Of a DNA stretch of 64,000 nucleotides, positions 51,466 to 63,997 are shown piece after piece. The position numbers and the translations under genes are program-made. The notes under the pieces are model-generated. The model had not been told where the DNA came from. It did not search any database and saw only the letters and a list, made by a program, of their open reading frames with translations. The DNA lies in the NCBI RefSeq assembly GCF_963921235.1, contig NC_086099.1, forward strand, positions 26,350,001 through 26,414,000, in the 5' to 3' direction. The DNA comes from Mobula hypostoma (Eukaryota). Position 1 is the stretch's first letter. Each line of letters starts with the position of its first letter.

Positions 51466-52934
51466 AATTGAAATTGGTTTATTATTGTCACATGTGCGAG
51501 ATACTGCGCAAATCATGTCCTGGATTCTGTTCCAACAGATCAAATCGATACACAACACACTGAGGAAGAACAAAGTCAATCAATAAACGACTGCAGAATC
51601 ACACTGTTCATACAGATCAATTCGTTACAATAGTGCATTGAGGGAGTAAGACAATAACAATGCATAATAAAATATTACACTTAGAGAGAAAGTGCAGTGC
51701 AGGTAGGCAATACGGTCAAGATCATAATGAGGTGGATTGTAAGGCCAAGAGTCAATTTTCATACAAGGGAACCGTTCAATAGTCAAATCAGGCTGCCCTT
51801 GAGATATGCTTTCAGGCTTTTGTATCTTCTGACCAGTGGATGAGGGGGAAAGAGAGGATATCTGGGCTGGGTGGATTCTTTTATTCTGCTGGTGATTTAC
51901 TGAGGCAGCACGAGGTGTAGACAAAGTGGATGGAGCCTGACAACATTCAGACAATCTTGGAAATACTCAACAGGTCAAGCAGCTTATTTGGGAACGGAAC
52001 TATTGAAATGTCATTAATGCAAAATAGATTTTTTTTCTATTTTAGATTGACAGTATAGACAGAGTCCATGGAGAGGAGGCGGATTTTTATGATGGACTGA
52101 GCTGTGACCATAATGTGCAATTTCTTGCAATCCTGGGCAGAGTCGTTCCCATACCAAGCTGTGACACGCTTACATATAGTATCAGTAAAGAAAATAAATC
52201 AGAACCAGGTTTATTATCACTAACATATGTTGTGAAATAGTTGTTTTTGCTGCAGCAGTACAGAGCAACACATAAAAATTACCATAAATTACAATTTAAA
52301 AAGTTATAAAACTAAATCGAGAACAAATGGCGAGGCAATGTTCATGGTCCATTCAGAAATCTGACGGCAGAGGGGAATAAGCTGTTCATATAATGTTGAG
52401 TCTTTGGATTTAGGTATAGACTCTGAAGGGAAGTTGATATTCGTGATGGGGAGAGCTGCGTCCACAACTCTTGCAAGTTCTTGCCAGAGGAGCAGTTCCC
52501 ATACCAAACTACGATGCATCTGGATAGGATTTTCGGTAAAGAACGCACTATCGTAATGTTTATTTTAGGTTATTTATAGTGTAAATCAACCACTTGTTGA
52601 TTTAAATTTATTTTAAATTTAATGTTTGTAATGTTGCTGCAAAACAAGCTTACTTTCCTGATACTTATACCCTCGGTACCTGAAGAAACAGGTGGAAGAA
52701 ATTAGAGCTAAATCAGGAACATTCAGTCAAATCCTAGGGTTCGTTTATGGTTGGCCTGTCAGAAATCCTGGCACAGCGGAGTCCAAATAGCAAACGCGGG
52801 AGATTAATTTAGTCTTATTGTTTTATAAGTGATGACATGTGTTATCTGCAATTAAAATAAGATGTTAAAAGTAAAGCGGTAGAAGTAAAGCTATGTATCG
52901 CCTTTAACCTCGCTGTGGAACTGAGGACTGGCTG

Positions 52935-53004
52935 ATGGAAGGGAGTGAAAGAAACTCCAGCGTGGAACCAAAGGTCCCTGCAAAGCCGACTTTCGACCCC
53001 AGTG
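52935..53004 (+). CDS. GALT: Probable first coding exon of galactose-1-phosphate uridylyltransferase; remaining exons not seen in window
   Basis: ATG GAA GGG...ACT TTC GAC CCC AGT G|GTAATT encodes MEGSERNSSVEPKVPAKPTFDPS+G with a phase-1 donor. Human GALT exon 1 ends TFRAN-D in the same phase before HQHIRYNPL, and GALT is the divergent neighbour of SIGMAR1 in human. Confidence 0.5.
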
Positions 53005-54486
53005 GTAATTTACACAAAGATTTACTAATTTTGCTAGAAATGGTGAAGTTGGTCTAATTAATACTGAAACATCACTGCCTGATCTATTCATTTAGTGGCT
53101 GCTTGTCTTGTGTTAGATGCCGTTTAATCTAATTCTATTCTGGCGGAAGTATGTTTCTGTTTATCGGATCATAATCTTCCTTTGCCCACTGTGTGTGCTA
53201 TCCTTCAAAATCCCAATGTATACGTTTTGCTGGGCACGTTACTAAACGTACACATTGAATTTTGAAGTGAGGGAAAACTTGGGGTCGAAAGAGGGTTTGT
53301 TTTAACATAATGAAACGGGGTAAGGATTGGGACAGAAGTCCAAAGTTAAACAGGTGAAATTCGTGCTAAATAAGAAGACTGAATCAAAGTTGAAAAAATA
53401 TCTATGGTTAATAAAATTTAAAGTGACAGGGCTTTACGTTTGAACGTTAAAGCGCACTTATCTCCCATTTACTGTACAGCTTAGACGGTTGGAATACTTT
53501 AACTGTATGATTTGACAATTCAAATCAACCAAGAAACTTGCGGTTTATGAATGCATTTTAATGGCGAGGCAGATACAGCAAATACATTCTGTGAACATCA
53601 GAGAATGATCTTGAGGTTTCTCTTTTGTGCATCTATGCTTTGTTCATTATTGGTTAGTATTCTTGTTATCATTGGTTAACTCGGAATTAGATAAACTTAG
53701 GACTTTGGTTGGTTGCTGTCTGAAAAAGTTCTAATTTTCTTACCACACAACTTTTACTGGTTCAGTTTTTATTTAAAAAGAAAAACTAATTAAATACTAA
53801 ATCACAGATAAGAATAAGAAGACCCCCTCCCTCCCCCACGAGCAAAAAAGCATCTTCCCCACCAGCAAAAATGATTCCTCCTTCTCCATTCATTTACCTT
53901 ATCCACCCATTTGGCTTCACTTATCACCTTCTAGCTAGCCTCCTTCCTCTCCCTCTACCTTTTTATTCTGGCATCTTCCCCCTTCCATTTTACTCGCGAA
54001 GAAGTGTCTTGGCCTGAGACGTTGACTATTTATTCCTCTCAATTTATGCTTCTTCACCTGCTGAGTTCCTCTATCATTTTGTGTGTGTTGCCTTGGATTT
54101 CCGGCATCTGCAGAATTTCTCATGTTTGTGATTCACTTTCCCTGCCTAAAGATTGCCTTGTTGCTTGTGTTTAGTTTCTATTCTCTTTTGTTTTGTGGTC
54201 CCTAATGCCTTGTTATTTTGCGGTCTATTATTAAAGTTATTGCTTACTGCTGCATCATCTCCTCTGCTGTTGGGCCAAGCTTCTGCTACAAAGTTCTAGT
54301 GATATCATTGGAGTATTCAGTTATTAGAACTTTCAGTTCTTTTCAGCAGTTAACTGTTGTAGATAACTATGTTTAGGACTTGAATGGGAAGCTGGAATGA
54401 AAATCTGCAGACTGTGGATAAGCAAGAACAGAATTGGGGATTATTGGACCATGAAAATAAGAATGTGGTTTTAAAATAGACGTACA

Positions 54487-54707
54487 TTCAAGAGAATCTG
54501 CAGATGCTGGAAATTGTCAGGAACGCACACAAAATGCTGGAGGAACTGAGCAAGTCAGGCAGCATCTGTGGAAGGGAATAAACAACTGCCATTTTGGGCA
54601 GAAACAGTCCGGATGAAGGGTCTTGGCCCAATATGTCCACTACTGATTCTTTTCCATAGATGCTGCCTGAATTGCTGAGTTCCTCCAGCATTGTGAGTGT
54701 GTTGCTT
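54487..54707. mobile_element. Fold-back Penelope terminal-repeat insert with degenerate hammerhead
   Basis: AAAATGCTGGAGGAACT...AGTTCCTCCAGCATT inverted arms; central CAGTC-CGGATGA-AGGGTCTTGGCCC-AATAT-GTC; flanking AAAATAGAC repeats. Confidence 0.7.
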
Positions 54708-55049
54708 CAAAATAGACAAATTTTAGGTGTAATATGTCTGGCACCAGAGTGACAGTGTGGGTATTTGTACATGCAGAAGTCTTCTGAACCTATATGTATG
54801 CTCTTTTCCACACTGTTTTTCAGTCTTGTATCATTTTCTCCAGGCATCCTTTCCCCTCTATCTTCTCCCCTAAATGCCCTCCTCCTTTTTGTATTTTCAA
54901 TTCTACCCTGGCCTTGTTCTAGCCATTGGCCTCTTCGTTCTCTCCTGGGTGAGACTGCCTCACTTGCACAGTCCTCTTTACTCAGTGGCAAGGGACTGCC
55001 CATGGATGATGTTATGCCAAGACTGTTCTCTAACTTTATCACATCAAAC

Positions 55050-55965
55050 TTAGCGCTCACTTCCGCTCATTCCCATTCCGACATGTCGGTCCATGGCCTC
55101 CTCTACTGCCATGATGAGGCCATTCTTGGGTTGGAGGAGCAACACTTTCTATTCTGTCAAATAGTCTCCCCTCGTACAGTTAATTCTATAAAACACAATG
55201 CAATGGGAAAGAAGCAAGTCTGAAAAGAACACTGATATACAGAGGGGCCAGTACCTCATTTTCCATCTGGATTCCCACCAACCTGATGGCACGAACATTG
55301 ATTTTTAAAACAACACACACAAAATGCTGGAGAAACTCAGCAGGCCAAGCACCATCTAAGGAAAAAGGTATAGTCGATGTTTTGGGCCGAGAATAGAGTA
55401 TAGTCGATGTTTCTGTAAATGGTGCCTCGTCTGCTGAGTTCCTCCAGCAATTTATGTGTATTGATTGGATTTCCAGCATCTGCAGATCTTTTCTTGTTTA
55501 TGATTGATTTTTTAAAAAAATTTCTTTAATTTCCGCTCCCTCCCCTTTCACTCTTTTTCAATTTCCCTTCTAGCTCCTTTTCAACCCTTCCCTTCTCCTC
55601 ACCAGCCAATCACCTCCTTCTGGTGCCCACTTCCTTCCCTTTCTCCCATGGTCTACTCTCCTCTCCTATCAGATTCATCCTTCTACTGCTTGTCACCTCC
55701 CAGCTTCTCACTTCATTACCCCTCCCACCCCACCTATCCATCTTCCCCATTACCTGGCTTCACTTGTCACACGCTACCTTGTACTCATTCCCCTCTCCCC
55801 CCACACATTCTGGCTTCTTGCCGCTTCCTTTCCAGCCCTGAGGATGGGCCTCAGCCCGAAGCATTGACTGTTTCTTCCTGTGTTTAGGTGCTGCCCAACC
55901 TGCCGAGTTCCTCCAGCATTTGGTGTTTGTTTTTCTGGACTTCCAGCGTCTGCAGATTCTCTTGT
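55050..55965 (+). mobile_element. Composite decayed Penelope-like fragments
   Basis: HSHSDMSVHGLLYCHDEAILGLEEQH; a fold-back insert at ~55310-55500; pyrimidine-rich spacer and terminal repeat with CAGCC-CTGAGGA-TGGGCCTCAGCCC-GAAG. Confidence 0.65.
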
Positions 55966-57030
55966 GATTATGGTCTCACTGCTACTGCTGGGACAGAAAG
56001 AGATATTACATCCAGTAACTCAGAGACTTCCTTTGTCCAAAGCCTAAAGGTCCCAACATGCTTTCAGTTGGCCTGGCAGTTTAATTACCGAAGTTTATTA
56101 TCAAAGTATATATAAATAAACAACCTTGAGATTTGTCTGTTTATAGGCAGTCACAAAACAAGAAACCCGAAAGAACCCGTTTTAAAAAGAGACTATAACT
56201 ACCACTCAATGAGCAGACGGAGAAAAATGCAAATCAGGCGAACGCTAAAAAGCAAGCAATAGCATTCGGAACAGATGTAAGTCCGTAGACATGAAGCCCA
56301 GAGCAGCTGGATCAGGCCCACAGCGTTCGGCCTCGGTTATTCACAAAGCGGGGCAAGTTGCCGCGAAGCTTGCAAACACAAGCTCGGAGCAGCTGGGGCA
56401 GGCCATGGCCTAAGTCTCGGTGTTGTGGAGAGCGGAGATCGAAGCTAACAATCCAGACGTATAAAATTCAAATCCAGCTGCAGCAGTTGTGGAATTTGAA
56501 AATCAGTGTTTCACCTGGAATTTGTTAAAAAATAGAGCTACTATGTTATATAAAAAAAAATGCATCTGGTTCACCAACGACCTTCAGAGAAGGAAATCCG
56601 CCATCTTTATCTGGTACAGGACTTCAGCCTCACCAATGAGATGAAGTCAGGAAAGGCCTAGTGAGCCACTTACTTCAAGGACATTTAAGGGTGGACAATA
56701 AATGCTGGCAATACTGGGTTCCATTTTTATTTTAAACAGAACTGTCAATAAGCAGCTTCACTGCTTTTGGGAGAATCGGGCCTCTCCCAGAAACTCCCAA
56801 CCCTGTGTTTCATTTGACACCTGCGCTCTCCTGGAGCAAGGTGAGCTCCCCTCTGTCATTGCTTTTCCTTCCACCTCTCACTGATCTCAGCAGCCATTTC
56901 ACGGGAGACCTCTGGCCTCCTTAGGACCGCTCCTACCCTGAACGCTTCCCCAGCGAGTAACTTTGCAGGAGGTCTGCTTGCCTGGCGTCACATTTATTAT
57001 TGTCACATGTACTCAGGTACAGTGAAAAAC

Positions 57031-57126
57031 AAGCAACACACGCAAAATGCTGGTGGAATGCCGCAGGCCAGGCAGCATCCACAGGAAGAAGCACGGGTGA
57101 CGTTTCAGGCTGAGACCCTTCGTCAG
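57031..57126 (-). mobile_element. Penelope terminal-repeat insert; hammerhead core intact (57099-57126) but stem I lost by truncation
   Basis: CTGACGA AGGGTCTCAGCCT GAAAC GTC on the minus strand; direct repeat CAGTGAAAAAC (57020-57030 and 57124-57134). Confidence 0.78.
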
Positions 57127-58107
57127 TGAAAAACTTTGTTTTGCATGCCGTCAATACAGATCAGCTCCTCGCATCAGTACATCAAGCTAGTACAAGGGAT
57201 AAAAAACAACTGAACACAGAACACAGTTACAGGGAATGGGTGTGCTGCAGACAATAATTTGCAAGGCCATAACGAAGTAGATTGTGAGGTCAGAAGTCCA
57301 CCTTATTGTACAAGAGGTCCTTTCAATTGTCTTATACTGGTGGGGTAGAAGTTGTGCTTAAGCCTGATGATGTAAGTTTTGCAGGCTTTTCTATCTTCTA
57401 CCGGGCCGGGGGGGGGGGGAGTTATAATAGAGAATATCCGGAGTGGGAGGAGTCTTTGTTTATGTTGGCTGCTTAACCAAGGCAGTGTGACGTGTAGCAG
57501 AATCCATCGAGGGGAGGCTGGTGTCCTGTGTCCTCGTCTCTCTGCAGTTTCTTGTGGTCCCATGCAGAGTAGCTGTCATATCAAGCCATGATGCATCTGG
57601 TCTGGATAAGATGCTTTCCATGGTAGGTCACTTGGCCATCATTTAAGAACAGCTGCTTCACAATATGTCACCTCCAGCAGTCTCTATTTGTGTTTCATCA
57701 GTCCTTGCCAATCCACTTCTTATACATTTCTTATAGAAAAACATGAGGTGGCGGGATGGAGGTATACCTCTACCAAAGGAGGTGTGAGGTGCTCCTTCCC
57801 TCCACTAGCCTGCAGGTCACCTTTGGCGGAAGTGAAGAACCTGTTTAGTGCCCCCCCCCCCCCCAATCAGGGTCACTTGTCGGATGGTTGTATGAGTAGC
57901 TGGTGTATATCACAAGTCCTGGTTATGTAACCACTGACGCCAGGCAGACAATCTCTGGCCAGATTTCCCCCGGGATCAATAAAGTATGACTATGACTATA
58001 GAAGAAAGCAATGGCAAACCACTTCTGTGAAAATTTGCCAAGAACAATCATGGTGATGGGACCGTGATTGCCTATGTCATATGACATGGCACATACCGAA
58101 TGAAGAT

Positions 58108-58487
58108 GATGAAATGTATAAAATTCTAAAGGGATTGGACAGGCTAGATGCAGGAAGATTGTTCCTGATGTTGGGGAAGTCCAGAACGAGGGGCCACAGT
58201 TTGAGGATAAAGGGGAAGCCTTTTAGGACCAAGATGAGGAAAAACTTCTTCACACAGGGAGTGGTCTATCTGTGGAATTCTCTGCCACAGGAAACAGTTG
58301 AGGCCAGTTCATTGGTTATATTTAAGAGGGAGTTAGATATGGCCCTTGTGGCTAAAGGGATCAGGGGGTATGAAGGGAAGGCTGGTGCAGGGTTCTGAGT
58401 TGGATGATCAGCCATGATCATACTGAATGGCGGTGCAGGCTCGAAGGGCCGAATGGCCTACTCCTGCACCTATTTTCTATGTTTCTA
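58108..58487 (+). mobile_element. CR1 LINE 3' end, well conserved
   Basis: YKILKGLDRLDAGRLF...SRTRGHSLRIKG...RKNFFTQ; TTCTATGTTTCTAT tail. Related tails occur at 41560-41722 (+) and 41984-42072 (-). Confidence 0.85.
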
Positions 58488-59440
58488 TCAAAAGCCAACA
58501 TGAATGGGATTGTAAGATTCAATTTTACTGCTTGTTTCCAGCAGGTATTTTTCTTTCTGTTACAGACCATTGGCTTTACTGCACTTCTGGTATTTTGCAG
58601 TTTTAAAGTTCAAAGTTTGACGTACTGAACATTTATTATCAAAGTTAGTATGCAGTATACAACCCTGAAATTTGTCTTGCCCATAGCGACGAAACAAAGA
58701 GAAACCATAGAACCAACCCACCCAGGGAAAAACATCAGACATCAAACTCCCCTCCCAAGGCAAAATATATCGTCAAATGGCTCCAAGAAAACCGAGGAAA
58801 TACAGCATATAAACACACGCTATCAATAAGCATATTTCAGTAGAGTACTGTCTCTATGGTAATACTAGAAATATAACTGCCAATTTATATCTAAATGGCA
58901 TTAGGAAAATAACCAGATAATAGTGTTTAAAAGTCAAGATTGAGAGATCACAAGTATTGGCCAAGGCTTCTGTGGATAATGTCTTTGGATTTTCTCCAAA
59001 TGATACCAGCAGAGTTTTATGACCACCTGAGTAAACTGTAGGAGCTTGGATTTTTTTTAATATTCAAGTTCCTAGTGAGCTCATAAGCTCTGGCCTGGAT
59101 GACCGCACCAGCTGATTCCTATTGCTGGTTTTCCTATGTGAATTGGTTCTTCTCCGAAATGCATCACTTTTTTTGCTTAATTATGTAAATTTTGGCCAGA
59201 ATTTGCATACAGCTGAAGTGCAACTGTAGGGGAGAATGGAATTTTTGATGTTTCGGGTTGAATCCTGCACCCAGCATCTGCAGTTTCTTGCGTCTCCTTT
59301 AAATCGCATAGACTTCAGAGTAATGGATAGTTCTCATGAGATGAGAATTGGTTAACAGTAGAATGAGTGAGAAGAAGTGAGTCTTTCTCAGATTGCCAGG
59401 CAGTGGTTGGTAGGGTACCACCAGGATCAAGGGTTGGGAT

Positions 59441-59640
59441 AGCACACAAAATGCTGGAGGAACTCAGCAGGCCAGGCAGCATGTATGGAAAAGAGGACAG
59501 TCAAAGTTTCAGGCCGAAACCCTTCAGCAGGACTGACCTGAAATGTCGACTGTACTCTTTACCAGAGATGTTGCCTAGTCTGCTGAGTTCCTCCAACATT
59601 TTGTGTGTGTTGCTGGGAAATCTGCAGATTTTCTCGTTTG
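59441..59640. mobile_element. Fold-back Penelope terminal-repeat insert in a CR1 fragment
   Basis: Inverted arms; minus strand CAGTC-CTGCTGA-AGGGTTTCGGCCT-GAAAC-TTT-GACTG; imperfect TSD TCAA(G/A)GGTTGGG. Confidence 0.72.
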
Positions 59641-62216
59641 TCAAAGGTTGGGGTGCAAAGTTTTCATGGTCCATCTCAATGATTTGGCTGAGGTGACCAA
59701 ATGTCATCTCTCCAGGTTTGCTGATGATACTAGGGTGGATTAAGGAGGAGCATATAAGGAGGCTTCTAGACCATTATAGACAAGCTAAGTGAGTGGTGAG
59801 AAGAAGGCAGAGGAAAACTAATGTGGAAAATTTGAGGGCACCCACTTTGCTGTATAAAACAAAAACATTCCACTTGTCTAGCTGATGAGAGATGCAGAAA
59901 TATTGATGTTCCAAGGGACCTATGTATACTACAACACAAGTCACTGAAAGCCAGCAAGCAATTAGGAATGCAGTCAGTGTGTTGGTCTTTTATTGTGGAA
60001 GTATTTGATGCAGGAGTGAGGACATATTACAGCAATGTATATTGGACTTTAATGAGGTGGTGAATGAGTGCAATGATGATTTTTGCCAGATTCCGAGTTG
60101 TGCAATAACAACAACCTCTTACTCAATGTCAGCAAGACCAGGGAGCTGATTATTGACATCAGGAGGAGGAAACCAAAGGTCCATGAGCCAGTCCTCATGG
60201 AGGATCTGAGGTGGAGAGGGTCAGCAACTTTAAATTCCTTGGTGTTATTAACTGTCCTGGGGCCAGCTCGGAAGTGCAATTACGAAGGAAGCACGGCAAA
60301 GCCTCTGCTTCCTTAGGAGCTTGCAAAGATTCAGCATAACATCTAAAACTTTGATAAACTTCTATATATGTGTAGTGGAGCGTATATTGACTGGCCGCAT
60401 CACAGCCTGGTATGGAAATACCAATGCCCTTGGAAGGAAAATCCTACAAAAAGTAGTGGATACAGCCCAGTCTATCACAGGTAAAGCCGTTGCCATAGAG
60501 TCAGAGACCCCCACCACCCAGGGCATGCTCTCTTCTCACTGCTGCCATCAGGAATAAGGCACAGGAGCCTCGAGACTCACACCACCAGGTTCAGGAGCAG
60601 TTACTACCCTTCAATCATTCGTCTTTGAACCAAAGGGGATACGTTTACTCAACTTCACTTGCTACATCACTTAAATGTTCCCACAACCTATGGCCTCACT
60701 TCCAAGGACACTTCATTTCATGTTCTCGATACTTATTGCTTTTTTTTAATTATTATTTATTTTTGTTTATGCACACTGGTTGAACACTCAGTCAGTGTGG
60801 TCTCTCATTGATTCTATCATTGTCAATATTCTGTTAATGATTTATTGATTATGCCCACAGGAAACTGAATCTCAGGGTTGTATATGGTGACATATAGGTA
60901 CTTTGATAATAAATCTACTTTGAACTTTGAGATATTTGGTTTGCTGTATGCTTAGAGATTGAATAGACCAGGTATTGAGCGTTAAGAAGAATAAAAGGTG
61001 AATTCAGTTGAACTTACAGAATTTTTATAGGGTATCTTAGCAGGTAGAATGTTTCCCCAACTGTGCCGAATAAGGATTCTCAGAATACAGGGAAGACTGT
61101 TTAAGACTGAAATGAGGAGAAATCTCTTCATTCAGAGGGTAGTAAATGTCTGGGATTTTTTTGTCCTGGATTACCGTAGAGGGTCAGTCAGAGTTGATGA
61201 TAGATTTTGGGGAGATGGAAATAGTACAGGAAAACAAAGCCAAGGTAGAAGCATGAACATCAGCAGTGGATAGGGCAGCATGCTCAAACGACCAGAATCT
61301 CATCCTAACCTGCTTTGGACCTTTGTATTATGCCAGCAGGTTGGGTAGGATCTGATCCTGGTGTTACAGATATGCCTGTTTAGCTCTCACTGCCCGGTTC
61401 CTATTCACCTGTGGCTTAGTATTTTGTTCAGACATTCTGAACCAGGGTCCTATTTTCCCCAATTTCTAGCCGATCCAACAACTCCTTTTCTGTTATCTTC
61501 AAAAGCCCCTTTCTTCTCTTCCACCATGTTTTCTTTAATTTCTCCGTGTATGATCCTTCCTCTTCCATAATCTGTCAGTGATCTTTATCTTCCTATGTCT
61601 ACTTCTGTATTGGACAAGACCATATTGCCTTCCTCATAGTGTTTTCATTTGATCCTGCTACCTTACAGCAACAGCCATAGCTTGTCCCTCCAACTCTTGG
61701 CGGTTTGTCTGCTCAGTGTGCCTGCTGATGGCTAATTTTGCTCATCAAATTCCCCTTCCAGCTATGTGACTGGGTTATCAATTGCTGTCTCATTCCTGTG
61801 TTTCACTGTATGTTTTTCATATTCTTGTGATAGGTGAACTTGAATCTTGACGCTTGAATTTTGAATCTTGACTATCCATTCATGTGAACTAGATTTTTCC
61901 ACCAACAAGGAGCCTCATCCCCCTTCTCCAATTTCATGATGTACTTCTATCTGGCTTAATTCCTTCACGTTTGCTACTCCGCTTTCCCCCTGAGAATTTA
62001 GCCCTGATCTCCTATTTCTTTTCACTTCCTTAATACATCTCAGTTAAGAATCAGAATAGTATTGGATTCTATATTTACGTTTTGTGTCAACAGAATGAAA
62101 ATAACTTATGCTTGCAATACATGTGATGCATTTATCTCCAGTCATTTTCCTACTGGTGTGTTATACCAGCCTGTACTTGTTTGCTTTGACTTTTGGATGG
62201 CTTTAACTCTACCTAC

Positions 62217-63206
62217 TGTTAATGCCCAATCAGTAAAGACCAGTTTTTCTTTTGTGTAAACAATTTTACTTTCAATTTCTCAATTCAATACATGAGGGCC
62301 ACCATCTTTTCGTCCCACAAATTTCCCCTTTTCCTCTGGCGTGCATGCGCATAATAGGGAAAGTGAGCGTGCCTACTAAATACTTGTATAGTCCAAGTGA
62401 AGAGAACTCAACAATCTCCCAACCTTGTTTTATGTCTATATTTTTAAAAAATTAAATTAAAAAAATTTAAAGACAATTCAAATGTCCACTAGGATATGAG
62501 AATTAGTTCTAACCTTTGATGTTAATACAATCCTTAAGGTACTAAGTGCCTTTAACAGCACAAGAGCTGGCACCCCCTTCTTTGTAAGACAGTCAGCTCA
62601 TTGTTCCTTTGCTGTTGACCATAGCACATAATGAATTTTCTGTGCTTGGACACGTACTTTGATGCTGCTTATCTTTAGATGAAGCCTCTTCTCTAACTGA
62701 CTTGGTGGATTTGATGGCATCAACCAAAGAGTAGTTGTCTGTAACACATGTTATTTATAGACTATTCTAGAAAAGCTCAGAAAAGAGTGTGGCCAGATAA
62801 GCAGCATTGTCAATACCTTCAGACATAGCAAGGGTTTCTCCTGCCAGTGTACTCTGTACAACTCTTCGAATCCTTTTTTGATTGTCAATAGAGAGGTGAA
62901 AATCTTCCCTTTTCTCCCATCAGTCCAATAAAATGTCCCCCTTGGGAAGATTTCCAAGTGAGGCATCTCTGAAGACAACAAGCCTCAGTGAGCTATCTTT
63001 TCCAAGCTGTTGAAACTTCAAGACTACCTTTTCTGAGTGAATTATGCACACTATATTGTTTGCCTCTTAAAGTTTGTACTGTGGCATTTTTTTTTGTGCT
63101 GGATGCCAAGTTGCAGGCATCAAACATGATGTCAGGTTGCTCTGCCTTGCCACCCATAGAATCTGACCTATCTTTGACCTGAGTTGTTCAGCTTCAGCTT
63201 CACTAA
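62217..63206 (-). mobile_element. Ty1/copia retrotransposon remnant (RT C-terminus, RNase H, PPT, 3' LTR)
   Basis: Frameshifted minus-strand translation: EQLRSKIGQILWVARQS.PDIMFDACNLASS; LRLVVFRDASLGNLP..GHFIGLMG..SPL..QSK.IRRVVQSTLAGETLAMSEGID; CVTDNYSLVDAIKSTK; W..KEQ*ADCLTK. GGGAGAT precedes a 197-bp TGTTGA...TTAACA segment (62217-62413). Confidence 0.8.
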
Positions 63207-63997
63207 GGCTGCGTCCACACTAGACGGATAAATCCGTGACCGAAGCTTTTTCTCTTCATTTTGACCCTCCATCACACTGAAACGGTGTTTTCCTCCCCCG
63301 AAAATGGAGCTTTTCTAAAACACTCCCCAGAGTGTGTAAATCTGAAAACGCCGGTTGGCTATTGTAGTGTGTATGGGGTAACTGGCTAATTTTAAAAACA
63401 CTGTCATGACATGCCGGAACAAATGGTGGCAGCAGTGCAGTATTTTACTGTTTTCTTGAATGCAACCTCCAACAGCAATATCTGACAATAGATGTGTAAC
63501 ATCCTAATGTAACATTGTATGGAATTACAAGATAACACTGATACCGACATGTTTTATACATTTAACATGGTGCTTTATTAATGTATTGCTTGTGCAAACA
63601 TTCAATAGATGCAATTGTCATTTTTGCCCAGTAACTCGTTTTATGGCACGTTTAATACACAAGGACATGGCAAAAGTAAAGGCAAACAAATGAGGTAACA
63701 GCAAATTTCACTTTTGCCCAGTAACAAGCCTTATTGCATTTAGTTGTAGCTGTTGTCCCTTCCATCGGTGAAGAGACTATGGGTGTAGGAAATGTTTCTG
63801 GACAAACACGCACCAAGTGTACCGTTTCCTCTTCACTTGTTTTCTGTGTGTCCTGTGCATGCCCAGTAGGAGGAGATTCACTCAAAATCCGTTTTAATGT
63901 GGACGGAGGTATTTTCAAAAACGCCTAGTGTGGACGCCTATAGTTTTTACGCGAAACCGGCGTTTTCAAAATTATCCGGTCTAATGTGGACATAGCC
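63207..63997. mobile_element. PIF/Harbinger-type MITE inserted in the copia element
   Basis: TIRs GGCTGCGTCCACACTAGAC-GGATAA and GGCTATGTCCACATTAGACCGGATAA; flanked by TAA and TGA (TWA-type 3-bp TSD). Confidence 0.8.

Noticed and set aside
54707-55223. Hydrophobic 152-aa ORF and opposing 117-aa ORF
   Set aside because: Low-complexity pyrimidine tract running into a PLE fragment; no splice or domain support, and not GALT exon 2.
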